Origin: an uncultured Acidobacterium sp.
Lineage (GTDB): Bacteria; Acidobacteriota; Vicinamibacteria; Vicinamibacterales; UBA2999
Assembly (NCBI GenBank): GCA_964628295.1
Contig: CAZVLS010000002.1
Location: 681,565-745,564, forward strand
Direction of reading: 5' to 3'
Length of the DNA: 64,000 nt
Shown: one piece after another, positions 11,176-20,186 of the stretch
How positions within the stretch are numbered: the stretch's first letter is position 1
Layout: each line of letters begins with the position of its first letter
Notes under the pieces: generated by a model
Told to the model about the DNA's origin: nothing
The model's input: only the letters and a program-made list of their open reading frames with translations
Database searches by the model: none
Made by a program: the position numbers and the translations under genes

Positions 11176-11898
11176 TCAAGGAACCGCCTGACGCAGTTCC
11201 TGCCAGGATTGCACACGAATGCCGGGCAGGCATGGCTGACCTGCACCGTCGGGGCAAACCCGTGCCAGCTCAGCTTCAATGGCCCTCCGCGAACCCGCGA
11301 CACCGTACGCTTCTGCACGCACCCTTACAATTCCGTGGCCTGGATCGGCACTGCCTGCCGCGTCCATCGCAGGATTCCCGTCTGCTTCCCGCGCATCATC
11401 CGCAACCCAGACGATGAGGTAGCAAGCGGCGGGCCGCATGAGGCCGGCGAACTGGTCCATCGGCCCAAAGGCATACAGTCGCCACCGGGGATTGTTCACG
11501 CCCCAGGGCCGCTCGCGGGAGTTCGCGTTCATCTGAGCGTTCGTACATGTGCTGGCCTTGCCGCAATTGAGCTGGTTGGTCGCTGCCGTGAGATCAACGG
11601 CGCCGCCGCCGGGAATTCCGCGCACGCCGGCCGCGCCTCCATCGGTGAAGCTGCCCTGCTCCGCGCCGGCGAGCACGTCGTTCCAGCTCGCCGCCAGCGC
11701 GAGATCGCGCGCGGCCAATTCGATCCCGGCATCAGCGGCGAAGAGCATGGCCACCGACCCAGACAGGTTGCCGCTCGCAAGCCGATCCATGAAGATGGCG
11801 AGCATCAACCCGATGCCCAGCGCCGAGAGGAACGTCGTGACGAGGATGACCATGATCAGCGCAATGCCTCGCTGTCCGGTAGCTTCGCTGGAGGTCAT
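11176..11898 (-). CDS. PilX-like minor pilin
   Basis: QRG|IALIMVILV class III signal lacking Glu5, typical of PilX/GspK; ATGA-coupled to the upstream minor pilin. Confidence 0.7.
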   Translation of the reverse strand: MTSSEATGQRGIALIMVILVTTFLSALGIGLMLAIFMDRLASGNLSGSVAMLFAADAGIELAARDLALAASWNDVLAGAEQGSFTDGGAAGVRGIPGGGAVDLTAATNQLNCGKASTCTNAQMNANSRERPWGVNNPRWRLYAFGPMDQFAGLMRPAACYLIVWVADDAREADGNPAMDAAGSADPGHGIVRVRAEAYGVAGSRRAIEAELARVCPDGAGQPCLPGIRVQSWQELRQAVP

Positions 11899-12716
11899 GG
11901 CCCGTTCCTCAGTCGAATCGAAGTCTTGAAGCCCCGGCTCGCCACCGAGTCCTGCGCTGGCGTCGTCACGGTCAGCGCGACCTCGAGTTGCTGGTGTGCA
12001 AGAGCGAAAGTGAGCGAGGAGAGAAAATCGACCACGGGTTGCACAGCGCCGGCCGCCGTCACACGCATCAGCGAGTACGACCCATCGGGCTGCTCGTCGA
12101 GCCGGAAGGTGCTCTCATCAATCTCCACCACGACGGCCCCTGCGCCGTAGGCGCGCGACAGCGCTCGATCCGGCACCAGCCGCCTGGCGCCAGGACTGGT
12201 CGACGCCACGACGAACACGTCGAAGTGGCCACTGGCATCCGCGACAACGGCAGCGGCGCCGGCCGCGAATCCACACACGTCTTTCACGTTGGGGCAGGCG
12301 CCAATCGCCAGCGTCATCGGCGCACTGGACGACGTCTGCGCGCTTTCGAGGACGCCCTGGGCGGGATCGGTGACCGGAACAATCGCGGTGAGCGAATGAA
12401 ACCGCTCACCTGAGTCGTCAGGGTCCGATAACGTGATCGCTGGAAAGAGATCGGCCATTGCGCCCAGCGCCTGCGCGGCAGCCACGTCCTTCCCTGCCGC
12501 ACGCACCGCCTGCGCAATTGTGTCGAGGGCTGCGCGGCCTCGTTGCTGAACGTCCAGTTCGCCCGGCACTCGTTCAAACGCCATTCGGGCCGGCGACGCG
12601 AGTGCGGCAATGGCTCCGCTGATGGCGAGCGAGAGGCCCAATGCGATCAGCAGCTCAATCAGCGTGAATCCCTGCTGCCCCTGCCAGCTGATCCCTGATC
12701 CCCGATCCCTGTTCAT
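11895..12716 (-). CDS. PilW-like minor pilin
   Basis: QQG|FTLIELLIALGL prepilin N-methylation motif; start at 12716 overlaps the upstream TGA. Confidence 0.8.
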   Translation of the reverse strand: MNRDRGSGISWQGQQGFTLIELLIALGLSLAISGAIAALASPARMAFERVPGELDVQQRGRAALDTIAQAVRAAGKDVAAAQALGAMADLFPAITLSDPDDSGERFHSLTAIVPVTDPAQGVLESAQTSSSAPMTLAIGACPNVKDVCGFAAGAAAVVADASGHFDVFVVASTSPGARRLVPDRALSRAYGAGAVVVEIDESTFRLDEQPDGSYSLMRVTAAGAVQPVVDFLSSLTFALAHQQLEVALTVTTPAQDSVASRGFKTSIRLRNGP

Positions 12717-13198
12717 GGCTGCCTCGTTCGCAGCGTCGACAAACACGCGTCGGCAGCGGCCGTTTCTCGCGCGCCGGCCCGGGCCGGGAAGACGCACACC
12801 TCGATGGTGATCGCATCAGGAACCTGCGCGTCGAGCCTGGCGATTCGCCATCGCCTGACGAACGCGGCGCCTGCGTCGCTCTGCTGAATCTCACCTGCGG
12901 AGTCGAGCCAGTCCAGATACGGCGGCGTGTCCTCGTTGAGCGTGTGGCCAGGCGTCGGCGCCAGATGCGGATCGGTTTCGGACGCGCCATACGAGTCGTA
13001 GCCAAACGCCAATCCCTGTAGTTCTTCGAGCTTGTTCTGCGTCGCAAGCAGGGCAATTCCCGATGACGTGCTCTTTCGCGCAAGCTGACTACCAAGCACG
13101 AACAGCTGGGCAACACCAGCGAGAGCCGTGATCAGGATCCCGGTGGCGATGAGAGTCTCGAACAGCGTGAACCCACGGGCGGTAGATGGAGGAGCCAT
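12713..13198 (-). CDS. PilV-like minor pilin
   Basis: ARG|FTLFETLIATGIL prepilin motif; short protein with a C-terminal Cys pair. Confidence 0.78.
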   Translation of the reverse strand: MAPPSTARGFTLFETLIATGILITALAGVAQLFVLGSQLARKSTSSGIALLATQNKLEELQGLAFGYDSYGASETDPHLAPTPGHTLNEDTPPYLDWLDSAGEIQQSDAGAAFVRRWRIARLDAQVPDAITIEVCVFPARAGARETAAADACLSTLRTRQP

Positions 13199-13210
13199 GG
13201 CGTTGCCATG

Positions 13211-13226
13211 TGCAATCGCACGGCCC
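13211..13226 (-). promoter_or_regulatory. Candidate sigma54 (-24/-12) promoter for the minor pilin operon
   Basis: Minus strand gGGCCGTGCGATTGCA gives GG-N10-GC with TTGCA; predicted +1 near 13200, next to ATG 13198. Confidence 0.4.
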
Positions 13227-13354
13227 TGGCGCATTTCACGGTTGGCGTGCGAGTTTCGGCGAGTTTCGATGCGACCTCGTTGGCACGAGACCTGCCGGGC
13301 GCAGTTCCTGCGATCGTCACAGGAATGCCTGGCGGCAATTACTGCGAGTGGTCG

Positions 13355-14599
13355 TTAGGACGCGATCAGAGGCAGGCGAATGCGAAAGTGCGCGCCGCCT
13401 TCGGGCCGGTTCGTAGCGGTGATCAAACCATTGTGCGAGACGATCACCTTCTGGACGATCGCGAGACCCAAGCCAGTCCCGTTGGCCTTCGTGGTCGCGA
13501 ACGGCTGAAACAACTTGCCCAGGTAGTCGGGAGTGAAGCCGGGGCCATTGTCCTCGATCACGACTTGCGCGGCATCGTGCGTCTGGTCGCCGCGAACGTA
13601 GATGCTGGGCGGCATCCCGCTTCCTTCGCACGCCTCGAGGCTGTTGCGAAACAAATTGCCAAAGGCTCGCCGCAAGAGCACATCGTCCCCGTTCACGACC
13701 GGAAAATTGCCCTCGAGCGTCACGGCCGCAGCGGCGCCTGGCACATCGTCAATCGCCCGCGTGACAACCGCTTTCAGGTCGACCGGCGCCAGCGTGAGCT
13801 GCTCGGGCCTGGCGAAGCGCAGGAAATTGGTGACCACTTCACCGAGAGAAATCGTTTCAGCACGGATGCCTTCGACGCAGGTCCGCGCCTGCTCGGGCAA
13901 CGTCTGCGGATCGAGCAGACGCCCGTAGCCGTGGATCGTCGCGAGGCCGTTGCGGAACTCGTGCGCGAGGCCGGCAGTGAGCTCTCCAAGTCGCGCCAAC
14001 GCTTCCTTCAGCCGCAACTGCTCTTCGAGTTCGACCACGGCGGTCAGGTCCGTGAACAGGCAGACCGAGGCCTGCAACTCTCCTTCACCGCTGATGATCG
14101 GCGACACCGTCACGCCGAGATGACGCGGGCGATCGCCGCTGATGGTGATGGTACGGCGCACGATCGGCGATGAGCCATGAAGCGCCTCGTCGATCAAGTC
14201 CGACAGCGCCGACGCCGACGTCAAGGCTTCGCGAAACGGCTTCCCTGCTCCGCCTTCGCCGAGCCCGAGAATGCGGCGGGCCGCCGGATTGATGGCGTCG
14301 ACCGTGCCGGCGCGATTGACGACGACCAGGCCCGAGGTCAGGCCTTTGACGATCTGATCAGCAAGCGCTTCCGACGCTTCGGCGCGCGCCGCCATCGCGC
14401 GCTCCTGCGTCTTCAGCTTGATCATCGCTTCCTGCAGCGCCATCGACAGCATGGCGCTCTCCCCGCCGGACTCCCGGCGCGCACCACCGCGACCGCTCGC
14501 GACCTTGATCGCCTTCATCGTGACGACGATGAACAGGATGATGATCGCGATCAAGACTGCGATCAGTCCCACGCTCGCGAAGTTGAGGGTGGAACCCAT
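13355..14599 (-). CDS. PAS-containing sensor histidine kinase (NtrB family; PilS2-like by position)
   Basis: One N-terminal TM, PAS-like region, AGLAHEFRNGL H-box, DNGPG, GTGLGL. Confidence 0.9.
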   Translation of the reverse strand: MGSTLNFASVGLIAVLIAIIILFIVVTMKAIKVASGRGGARRESGGESAMLSMALQEAMIKLKTQERAMAARAEASEALADQIVKGLTSGLVVVNRAGTVDAINPAARRILGLGEGGAGKPFREALTSASALSDLIDEALHGSSPIVRRTITISGDRPRHLGVTVSPIISGEGELQASVCLFTDLTAVVELEEQLRLKEALARLGELTAGLAHEFRNGLATIHGYGRLLDPQTLPEQARTCVEGIRAETISLGEVVTNFLRFARPEQLTLAPVDLKAVVTRAIDDVPGAAAAVTLEGNFPVVNGDDVLLRRAFGNLFRNSLEACEGSGMPPSIYVRGDQTHDAAQVVIEDNGPGFTPDYLGKLFQPFATTKANGTGLGLAIVQKVIVSHNGLITATNRPEGGAHFRIRLPLIAS

Positions 14600-15373
14600 T
14601 TAGAAGAATCCCGCGTACCAGGTGATGAAGGGTTCACCGACAAACATCGCCACGAGCGTGCCGATCGCGAGGAACGTGCCGAATGGCAACGCGTACTTCA
14701 TGCCGCCCTTCTGAAACGACATCATCGCGACGCCGATGAGGGCTCCCGAGAACGACGCAAACACCAGCGCGACGAGCACGGCCTTCCACCCAAGAAACGC
14801 GCCGATCATGGCGAGCATCTTCACGTCGCCCATGCCCATGCCTTCTTCGCGTCTCCAGAGGTAGTAGGCCGCCGCAATGCCGTAGAGAATGCCGCCGCCG
14901 AGCAACGTGCCGATGATCGCGTCACGAATCCCCGGAGGGGCGACCGTGCTGAAGATCAATCCGATCACGATCCCCGGCAACGTGATCGAGTTCGGCAGGA
15001 TCTGATGTTCGAGATCGATCCCGAACAGCGCGATCAGGATGCAGACCAGAATCAGCCGGGCAAACAGCAGTGGACCCACTGGAGTAGTCCACGCCACCAA
15101 CGCAAACAGCATCGCCGTGAGCAGTTCGACGACGGGGTATTGCCACGACACGCTCACGCCGCACTTGCGACAGCGTCCGCGCAGCGCCACCCAGCTGGCG
15201 ATCGGAATGTTGTCGAACCACCGCAGCGAGTAGCCGCACTTCCGGCAGCGAGAGGGCGGCGAGACCAGGGACTGCCCGAGCGGCAGCCGGTAGATAACGA
15301 CATTCAGAAAGCTGCCGATGAGAGCACCAAACAGCGCGGCAAGCCCGACAATGGGCATGGCCTCCCCGATCAT
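14600..15373 (-). CDS. pilD: Prepilin peptidase / N-methyltransferase
   Basis: GSFLNVVIYRLP, SRCRKC..RCRKC zinc motif, IDLEHQILP, GMGMGDVKML, LPFGTFL. Confidence 0.95.
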   Translation of the reverse strand: MIGEAMPIVGLAALFGALIGSFLNVVIYRLPLGQSLVSPPSRCRKCGYSLRWFDNIPIASWVALRGRCRKCGVSVSWQYPVVELLTAMLFALVAWTTPVGPLLFARLILVCILIALFGIDLEHQILPNSITLPGIVIGLIFSTVAPPGIRDAIIGTLLGGGILYGIAAAYYLWRREEGMGMGDVKMLAMIGAFLGWKAVLVALVFASFSGALIGVAMMSFQKGGMKYALPFGTFLAIGTLVAMFVGEPFITWYAGFF

Positions 15374-16296
15374 TGCGGACCCCGGTTCCGGCGTGGGTCG
15401 ACTGGCAGCGGCCACAGCGTCGACTTCCGCGACACTTCGATGTGGCCGACTCTGGGATCGAAGACAAACGGCACGCCGGTGGGGTCCGCCGGCACACGCG
15501 CCAACCGCTCCGCTGACGCCAGCTCCTGCCATGACTGGGGAATGCGGCGCTCACGATTGATAAATCGCTGCAAGATCGGCGTCAGCTCGGCGATCGTGTC
15601 CATCGCGTCAAGCTGCAACAGCCGATGCTCGGCCTGCGACTTGATGTAAGAGATGTCCGAATTCAGCAGTTGGGTCCAGAGGTAGCGCGCCGTCGCCCGA
15701 TCGCCGCCAGACGCAAGCGTGGTCGCCGCCAGTGGCCGCAGCCACTCGGGCGCGTTCGGCTGATCCGCCCCCTTGAGGAACCATTCCGCGGCCCTGGGAT
15801 AGTCCTGCAGCGACCAGTAATAGACGAAGCCGATGTCGTAGAAATACTCCCACCGCCCATCGTCGCGGTCGATGCCGCGCTGCAGCAGTTGCACCGCGAG
15901 ATCGGGCCGGGCCGGGCCTCGCGGATACGCCTCCGTCAGGAAGATTGCGCCGAACCGATACGCAACCCGGAAGTGCGGATCGAGCGAGGTCACCAGGTCC
16001 AGGAGCGGGTACAGCAGGTCGAAATTCAACTGCTGGCCTTCCGCCGTACGCTTGCCGCCGTAATAAACCACGGCGCGAATCCAGTAGACGTCCGAGACCA
16101 GGTTGTCGAACCCGAGCGCGAGACGCTGCAAGAGCGGCCCTGACTGGATCCAGAGCATCGGGTTGTCAGGCTGATACGGTGTCCAGCCACGGTCGCGCAC
16201 GACCTGCACGCTGACCGACGCCGTCATCAGCAACGCAATCAGCGCCGCGAGAGGCGCGATGCCCGGACGCGTGCCCTGTTTGACAGTCCCCGTCAC
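15370..16296 (-). CDS. Membrane-anchored TPR-like protein associated with the pilus ABC module (PilG/XapA-like)
   Basis: N-terminal TM, helical TPR-like repeats (WEYFYDIGFVYYW), coupled to the permease and pilD by overlapping stops and starts. Confidence 0.6.
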   Translation of the reverse strand: MTGTVKQGTRPGIAPLAALIALLMTASVSVQVVRDRGWTPYQPDNPMLWIQSGPLLQRLALGFDNLVSDVYWIRAVVYYGGKRTAEGQQLNFDLLYPLLDLVTSLDPHFRVAYRFGAIFLTEAYPRGPARPDLAVQLLQRGIDRDDGRWEYFYDIGFVYYWSLQDYPRAAEWFLKGADQPNAPEWLRPLAATTLASGGDRATARYLWTQLLNSDISYIKSQAEHRLLQLDAMDTIAELTPILQRFINRERRIPQSWQELASAERLARVPADPTGVPFVFDPRVGHIEVSRKSTLWPLPVDPRRNRGPQ

Positions 16297-17099
16297 TTGA
16301 AGTCTCGACGCCTGAAGATCGTAATTGCGGCGGTCAGCAGGGCACTTGAATAGATCGCGGCGTAGAGCAGCGTCAGCAGGACATGGCGCGCGCTGACCGG
16401 CAGGCCATGCACGACTTCGGCTTTCACATCAAACGGCGCGAGATTTGGGAGCAGGTAATACAACCCGCGAGCGACCGCCACGACCGGGGCGGAATCCACG
16501 ACCGCACCGAAGTTCCTGAGATCGGCGTTGAAGTGCCCTGCCAGCCACAATCCCAGCGTCAACAACGTCGCCAACAGCGGGCTCGAGAACGTCGAGAAGA
16601 ACATGGCGATCGCGGTCACCAGCGCGAGTTCAGCGACGATCAACACCACCGCAACCAGCAACCGCGGATCCATCGCTGGCGCCGGCCATGAGGCGCGAAC
16701 CGCCGGCGGAGACACGTACTGCATGTAGGCGAGGACCGCGTAGTAGGCGATCGTCATCACGCCCAGGTTGATGATCAGCGTGGCGACGAGACCCGTGTAC
16801 TTGCCAAGGATGAACTGTGAACGCGACACCGGCTTGGTGAGGAGGCCGAAGATGCTCTTGCGTTCGACTTCCTTCGACACGAGGCCGATGCCGAGGAACA
16901 CGGCGATGAGCAACCCGAAGATCGACAGCGCCGCCAGGCCGAGATCCTTGACGATCTTCATGTCCTGGCCGGCGGTCAGCTGGCTGATCAGGTAGGACGC
17001 GGCCATCAACAGGACGGCGAACATCACCATCGAGTACGGCACGCGGTCGCGCACGGACTCGCGAAACACGGCGCCGGCGACGAGTGTGATCGCTCGCAT
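16293..17099 (-). CDS. ABC-2 type permease (PilI-like)
   Basis: FRESVRDR, EVERKSIFGLLTKPVSRSQFILGKY, ~6 TM segments. Confidence 0.85.
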   Translation of the reverse strand: MRAITLVAGAVFRESVRDRVPYSMVMFAVLLMAASYLISQLTAGQDMKIVKDLGLAALSIFGLLIAVFLGIGLVSKEVERKSIFGLLTKPVSRSQFILGKYTGLVATLIINLGVMTIAYYAVLAYMQYVSPPAVRASWPAPAMDPRLLVAVVLIVAELALVTAIAMFFSTFSSPLLATLLTLGLWLAGHFNADLRNFGAVVDSAPVVAVARGLYYLLPNLAPFDVKAEVVHGLPVSARHVLLTLLYAAIYSSALLTAAITIFRRRDFK

Positions 17100-17101
17100 G
17101 A

Positions 17102-18058
17102 TCAGGACATCCCTGTCTTGCGCGGCGCCGCCGATCCGACCTGCCGGATGAACACATCTTCCAGCGTGTCCCGGACCGGATGCAGTGAAATTACGCGAGC
17201 GCCACTGCCCGCGAGGTCGACAAGTATTCGCTCAGGCGCGACGTCGGCGGGAAGTTCGATCATGTAGTGGCCGTCGGACAGAGGCGTGATCGAGCGCACC
17301 TGCCCCTGCAACGAGGACCGCAGCGTCTCCGATACGTTCGCCGCGACGAGCTCCCACCCCTTGAGCTCGAAGGCCACGATCTCATCGAGCGCGCCGCTCG
17401 CCACGAGTCGGCCTTGGGCCATGATCGCCACGCGACTGCACAGCGCCTCTGCGTCCGAGAGGATGTGGGAGCTGAAGAACACGGTGCAGCCGCGCTGCTT
17501 CAATCGCAGGATCAAATCGCGGACCTGCCGACGGCCAATCGGATCAAGCCCGGACATCGGTTCATCAAGGAACACGAGTTCGGGATCGTTGATGATCGCC
17601 TGGGCCAGCCCGACGCGCTGCAGCATGCCTTTCGAATAACTGCGCAGCCGCATTCGGCGTTCGGCGCCAATGCCCACTTCATCCAGCACTTGCGCGACGC
17701 GCGAGCCGACCTCGGCCCCGCGGTAGCCAAAGAGCCTCGCAAAGTACGCGAGCACTTCTTCGGCGGTCATATGGTCGTAGAAGTATGGGTTCTCGGCGAG
17801 AAAGCTGATGCGCTTGCGCACACCCAGATCGCCGACCGGCTTGCCGAGAATGCGGGCGGATCCACTCGTGGGATAAATCAGCTGCATCAGCAGCTTGAGC
17901 GTGGTGCTCTTGCCCGCGCCGTTCGGGCCCAGGAAGCCGAAGACTTCACCGGGCTCGACCGACAGCGTCAACGCATCGAGGGCGCGATAGGGCCGCGGCC
18001 GCCAGAAGCCAACCAGGAAATCCTTGGTGAGTCCTTCCGTTTCGATCGCGGCCGACAT
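17102..18058 (-). CDS. ABC transporter ATP-binding protein (PilH-like)
   Basis: GPNGAGKS Walker A, YSKGMLQR signature, FLDEP Walker B, SSH. Confidence 0.92.
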   Translation of the reverse strand: MSAAIETEGLTKDFLVGFWRPRPYRALDALTLSVEPGEVFGFLGPNGAGKSTTLKLLMQLIYPTSGSARILGKPVGDLGVRKRISFLAENPYFYDHMTAEEVLAYFARLFGYRGAEVGSRVAQVLDEVGIGAERRMRLRSYSKGMLQRVGLAQAIINDPELVFLDEPMSGLDPIGRRQVRDLILRLKQRGCTVFFSSHILSDAEALCSRVAIMAQGRLVASGALDEIVAFELKGWELVAANVSETLRSSLQGQVRSITPLSDGHYMIELPADVAPERILVDLAGSGARVISLHPVRDTLEDVFIRQVGSAAPRKTGMS

Positions 18059-18064
18059 GCTGCC

Positions 18065-19300
18065 CTATTTGCCGCCCGATACTCGCTTCAGTTCCCACGC
18101 AATCGCGGCGTCGAAGAACTCGGCGCGAAGGCCCGGCAGCTGCATGCCGTTGAGGAAGAACGTCGGCGTGCCGCCGATCTTCAACGACGAGCCCTGGGCA
18201 ATGTCGGCTTTGACCAGTTCCAGCGTCGCCGCATAGCGCTTATCAAAGTCGGTGACGCCACCAATGGACGCGGCGGCCTTCTTCACCGTGTCGGGATTCA
18301 TCGCCGGCTGGTTGGCGAAGAGCCAATCTTCCATCTGTTCGCCGCGGCCCTTCTCCCGCGCCAGTCGCACAGCCACCGCCGCTTCACACGCGCCGAGATG
18401 CAGGTCCTGGCCAACGAACTGGTTGCACTCGCGCTCGAGCGGGTAGTCCTTGGAGATGAACTTCACCTTGCCAGGCTGCTGCTTGGCCCACTTCGCCAGC
18501 ACCGGCTTGTAGTCGCGATAGGTCTGGCCGCAACCAGGACACTGGTAGTCGTTGAACTTGATGATGACGATCGCCGCACCGTCACTCGGCGCAATCACCG
18601 GCCTGCGCGGTTGCGCGGCGAGGTAGTCCTCGAGCTGCTTCATCTGCGCGGCCGAGGGCGCAGGCGCGGCCGGCTGCTGCTCCGCCTCGCCCGGCGCCAG
18701 TTCGGCTGCGGAAGTAACGGGCTCGCGCAGTGTGATGACGCCAGTGACGGAAGCGGCGAAGAACAGGACCATCGCGCCAAGCGCCGCGGGAGTCCGGAAC
18801 ACGAGTTGAAGGTCACGTAGCGCACGGCTGGGGAGATTCGTCATGGGAGTCCCGGTGGCGGTTCCTGCAGTGATAAACAACCCAACGACGGCCACATACG
18901 TCGTCAGGCACAGCACGCACAGCGTCTTCAAAATGAAGAACGACGCGTACCCAAGATACAAGACCACCGCCAGGCCGACCGTTGATGCCGCGAACAGGTA
19001 GCCGGGCAGGTTGACGGCAGCCGACGATCGCGCGCACATCGCCACCAGCAGCAGAGTGAACGCGAAGAAAATCACCCCGAACAACGCCATCGGCACGCCC
19101 GCCACCGAGCCGAACTGGCTGGTGTAGGCAACCGTGCAGCTGAACGACTCGTTGACGTCGCAGAAACTCGCGTAAGTGGGATCGTTCAGGATCTGGTAGT
19201 GCACCCACGTCGAGGCGGACGACGCCGCCAGGCCGAGCGCCGAGGCTCCCGTGAACCAGCCGAGTCGCGCAGGACTGAGGCCGGTTGGCTCCGAAGTCAT
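18065..19300 (-). CDS. VKOR-DsbA/thioredoxin fusion (disulfide bond formation)
   Basis: VKOR loop cysteines (FCDV..SC), TM CVLC motif, DsbA CPGC active site and cis-Pro GTPT; ATG at 19300. Confidence 0.85.
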   Translation of the reverse strand: MTSEPTGLSPARLGWFTGASALGLAASSASTWVHYQILNDPTYASFCDVNESFSCTVAYTSQFGSVAGVPMALFGVIFFAFTLLLVAMCARSSAAVNLPGYLFAASTVGLAVVLYLGYASFFILKTLCVLCLTTYVAVVGLFITAGTATGTPMTNLPSRALRDLQLVFRTPAALGAMVLFFAASVTGVITLREPVTSAAELAPGEAEQQPAAPAPSAAQMKQLEDYLAAQPRRPVIAPSDGAAIVIIKFNDYQCPGCGQTYRDYKPVLAKWAKQQPGKVKFISKDYPLERECNQFVGQDLHLGACEAAVAVRLAREKGRGEQMEDWLFANQPAMNPDTVKKAAASIGGVTDFDKRYAATLELVKADIAQGSSLKIGGTPTFFLNGMQLPGLRAEFFDAAIAWELKRVSGGK

Positions 19301-19323
19301 GGTGGGATTGTACCTGTACAGCG

Positions 19324-19354
19324 CGAGAGGTGCGGCGACGTGCCGCACCTCTCG
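19324..19354 (-). terminator. 13-bp perfect stem-loop downstream of pilA (terminator or mRNA-stabilising hairpin)
   Basis: CGAGAGGTGCGGC-GACGT-GCCGCACCTCTCG; no U-tract. Confidence 0.55.
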
Positions 19355-19372
19355 TCGATGCCGAAAACTGTG

Positions 19373-19930
19373 TTACTGAAGGACGGCGACGGTCGCCTGG
19401 GTCGGCGCGCTGTTGCCAACGGTGTCGGCGATGGTCACGGCGTCGAAGTAAATCGTGCCCAGCGTGTTGGTCCAGAAGAAGCGCGTGCCGGTGGAGTTCG
19501 CCGTGACCGGGTCGGCCTTGGCGTAGTAGGAGCTGGTCAGGTCGCCCACGTCCGGGCCACCGTTGGCGACACTGCACGACGCAGCGGTGTTGGCAGCGCC
19601 ATCGGATCCCGGATCCATGTCGATTTCGTAGCCGCTCTTCTGAACGCTGGCAGCCGCGCCGAGGTCGGGCGAGATGAACGGCGCGCCGTCCGCGGTCGGG
19701 GTGATCATGAGCTGCGTCAGATCCGAAGCGTAGAATCCGTTGCCGCAGGTCGAACCGAACGACTGCTGCGAACTGTTGATCGCGCGAAGCGAACCGATCG
19801 CCGACGCCTCGTTACCGGACATGCGGGCGCGGAGCAGACCGGGCACGGCGATGGCGGCGATGATGCCGATGATGGCGACGACGATGAGCAGTTCGATGAG
19901 GGTGAAGCCCTTGTTGCTGCGAATACGCAT
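19373..19930 (-). CDS. pilA: Type IVa major pilin
   Basis: MRIRSNKG|FTLIELLIVVAIIGIIAAIAVP; AGGAG RBS; own sigma54-type promoter; position after pilR. Confidence 0.88.
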   Translation of the reverse strand: MRIRSNKGFTLIELLIVVAIIGIIAAIAVPGLLRARMSGNEASAIGSLRAINSSQQSFGSTCGNGFYASDLTQLMITPTADGAPFISPDLGAAASVQKSGYEIDMDPGSDGAANTAASCSVANGGPDVGDLTSSYYAKADPVTANSTGTRFFWTNTLGTIYFDAVTIADTVGNSAPTQATVAVLQ

Positions 19931-20022
19931 GATGTTCGTTCTCCTGAGGTCCAAGGTTGCCGCGAATACTCGTTGTTGAGGGCCCGCCGCCGCTGCCGGC
20001 GGCGCGCGCCTGCCCGGTCTAG

Positions 20023-20039
20023 AGCAACCGGCGTACCAG
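20023..20039 (-). promoter_or_regulatory. Sigma54 (-24/-12) promoter of pilA
   Basis: Minus strand CTGGTACGCCGGTTGCT matches TGGYAC-N5-TTGCW. Confidence 0.75.
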
Positions 20040-20135
20040 TTCAGCCGCAGGCACGGAGGATCCCAATAACTTGCTGGTTTCAGATGGTTTATCGGGATTC
20101 TGTGGCCGGAGCCTTAGGCCCGCCGGGCTTCAAGA

Positions 20136-20154
20136 ACTGACAATTCGTGTCAGT
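20136..20154. promoter_or_regulatory. Candidate PilR upstream activator site (inverted repeat)
   Basis: ACTGACA-ATTCG-TGTCAGT, ~100 bp upstream of the sigma54 promoter. Confidence 0.5.
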
Positions 20155-20186
20155 CCGACTTGCCACAAAACGTCACGTGCACAGTT

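Noticed and set aside
13281-13296. TGGCACGAGACCTGCC sigma54-like site on the + strand
   Set aside because: It points antisense into the kinase gene with no plausible downstream ORF; may be chance or antisense transcription, unsupported
19373-19930. Possible electrically conductive (e-pilus) pilin given the Geobacter-like gene order
   Set aside because: The mature pilin is long (177 aa), has 13 aromatics (~7%), and lacks aromatics at positions 24 and 27
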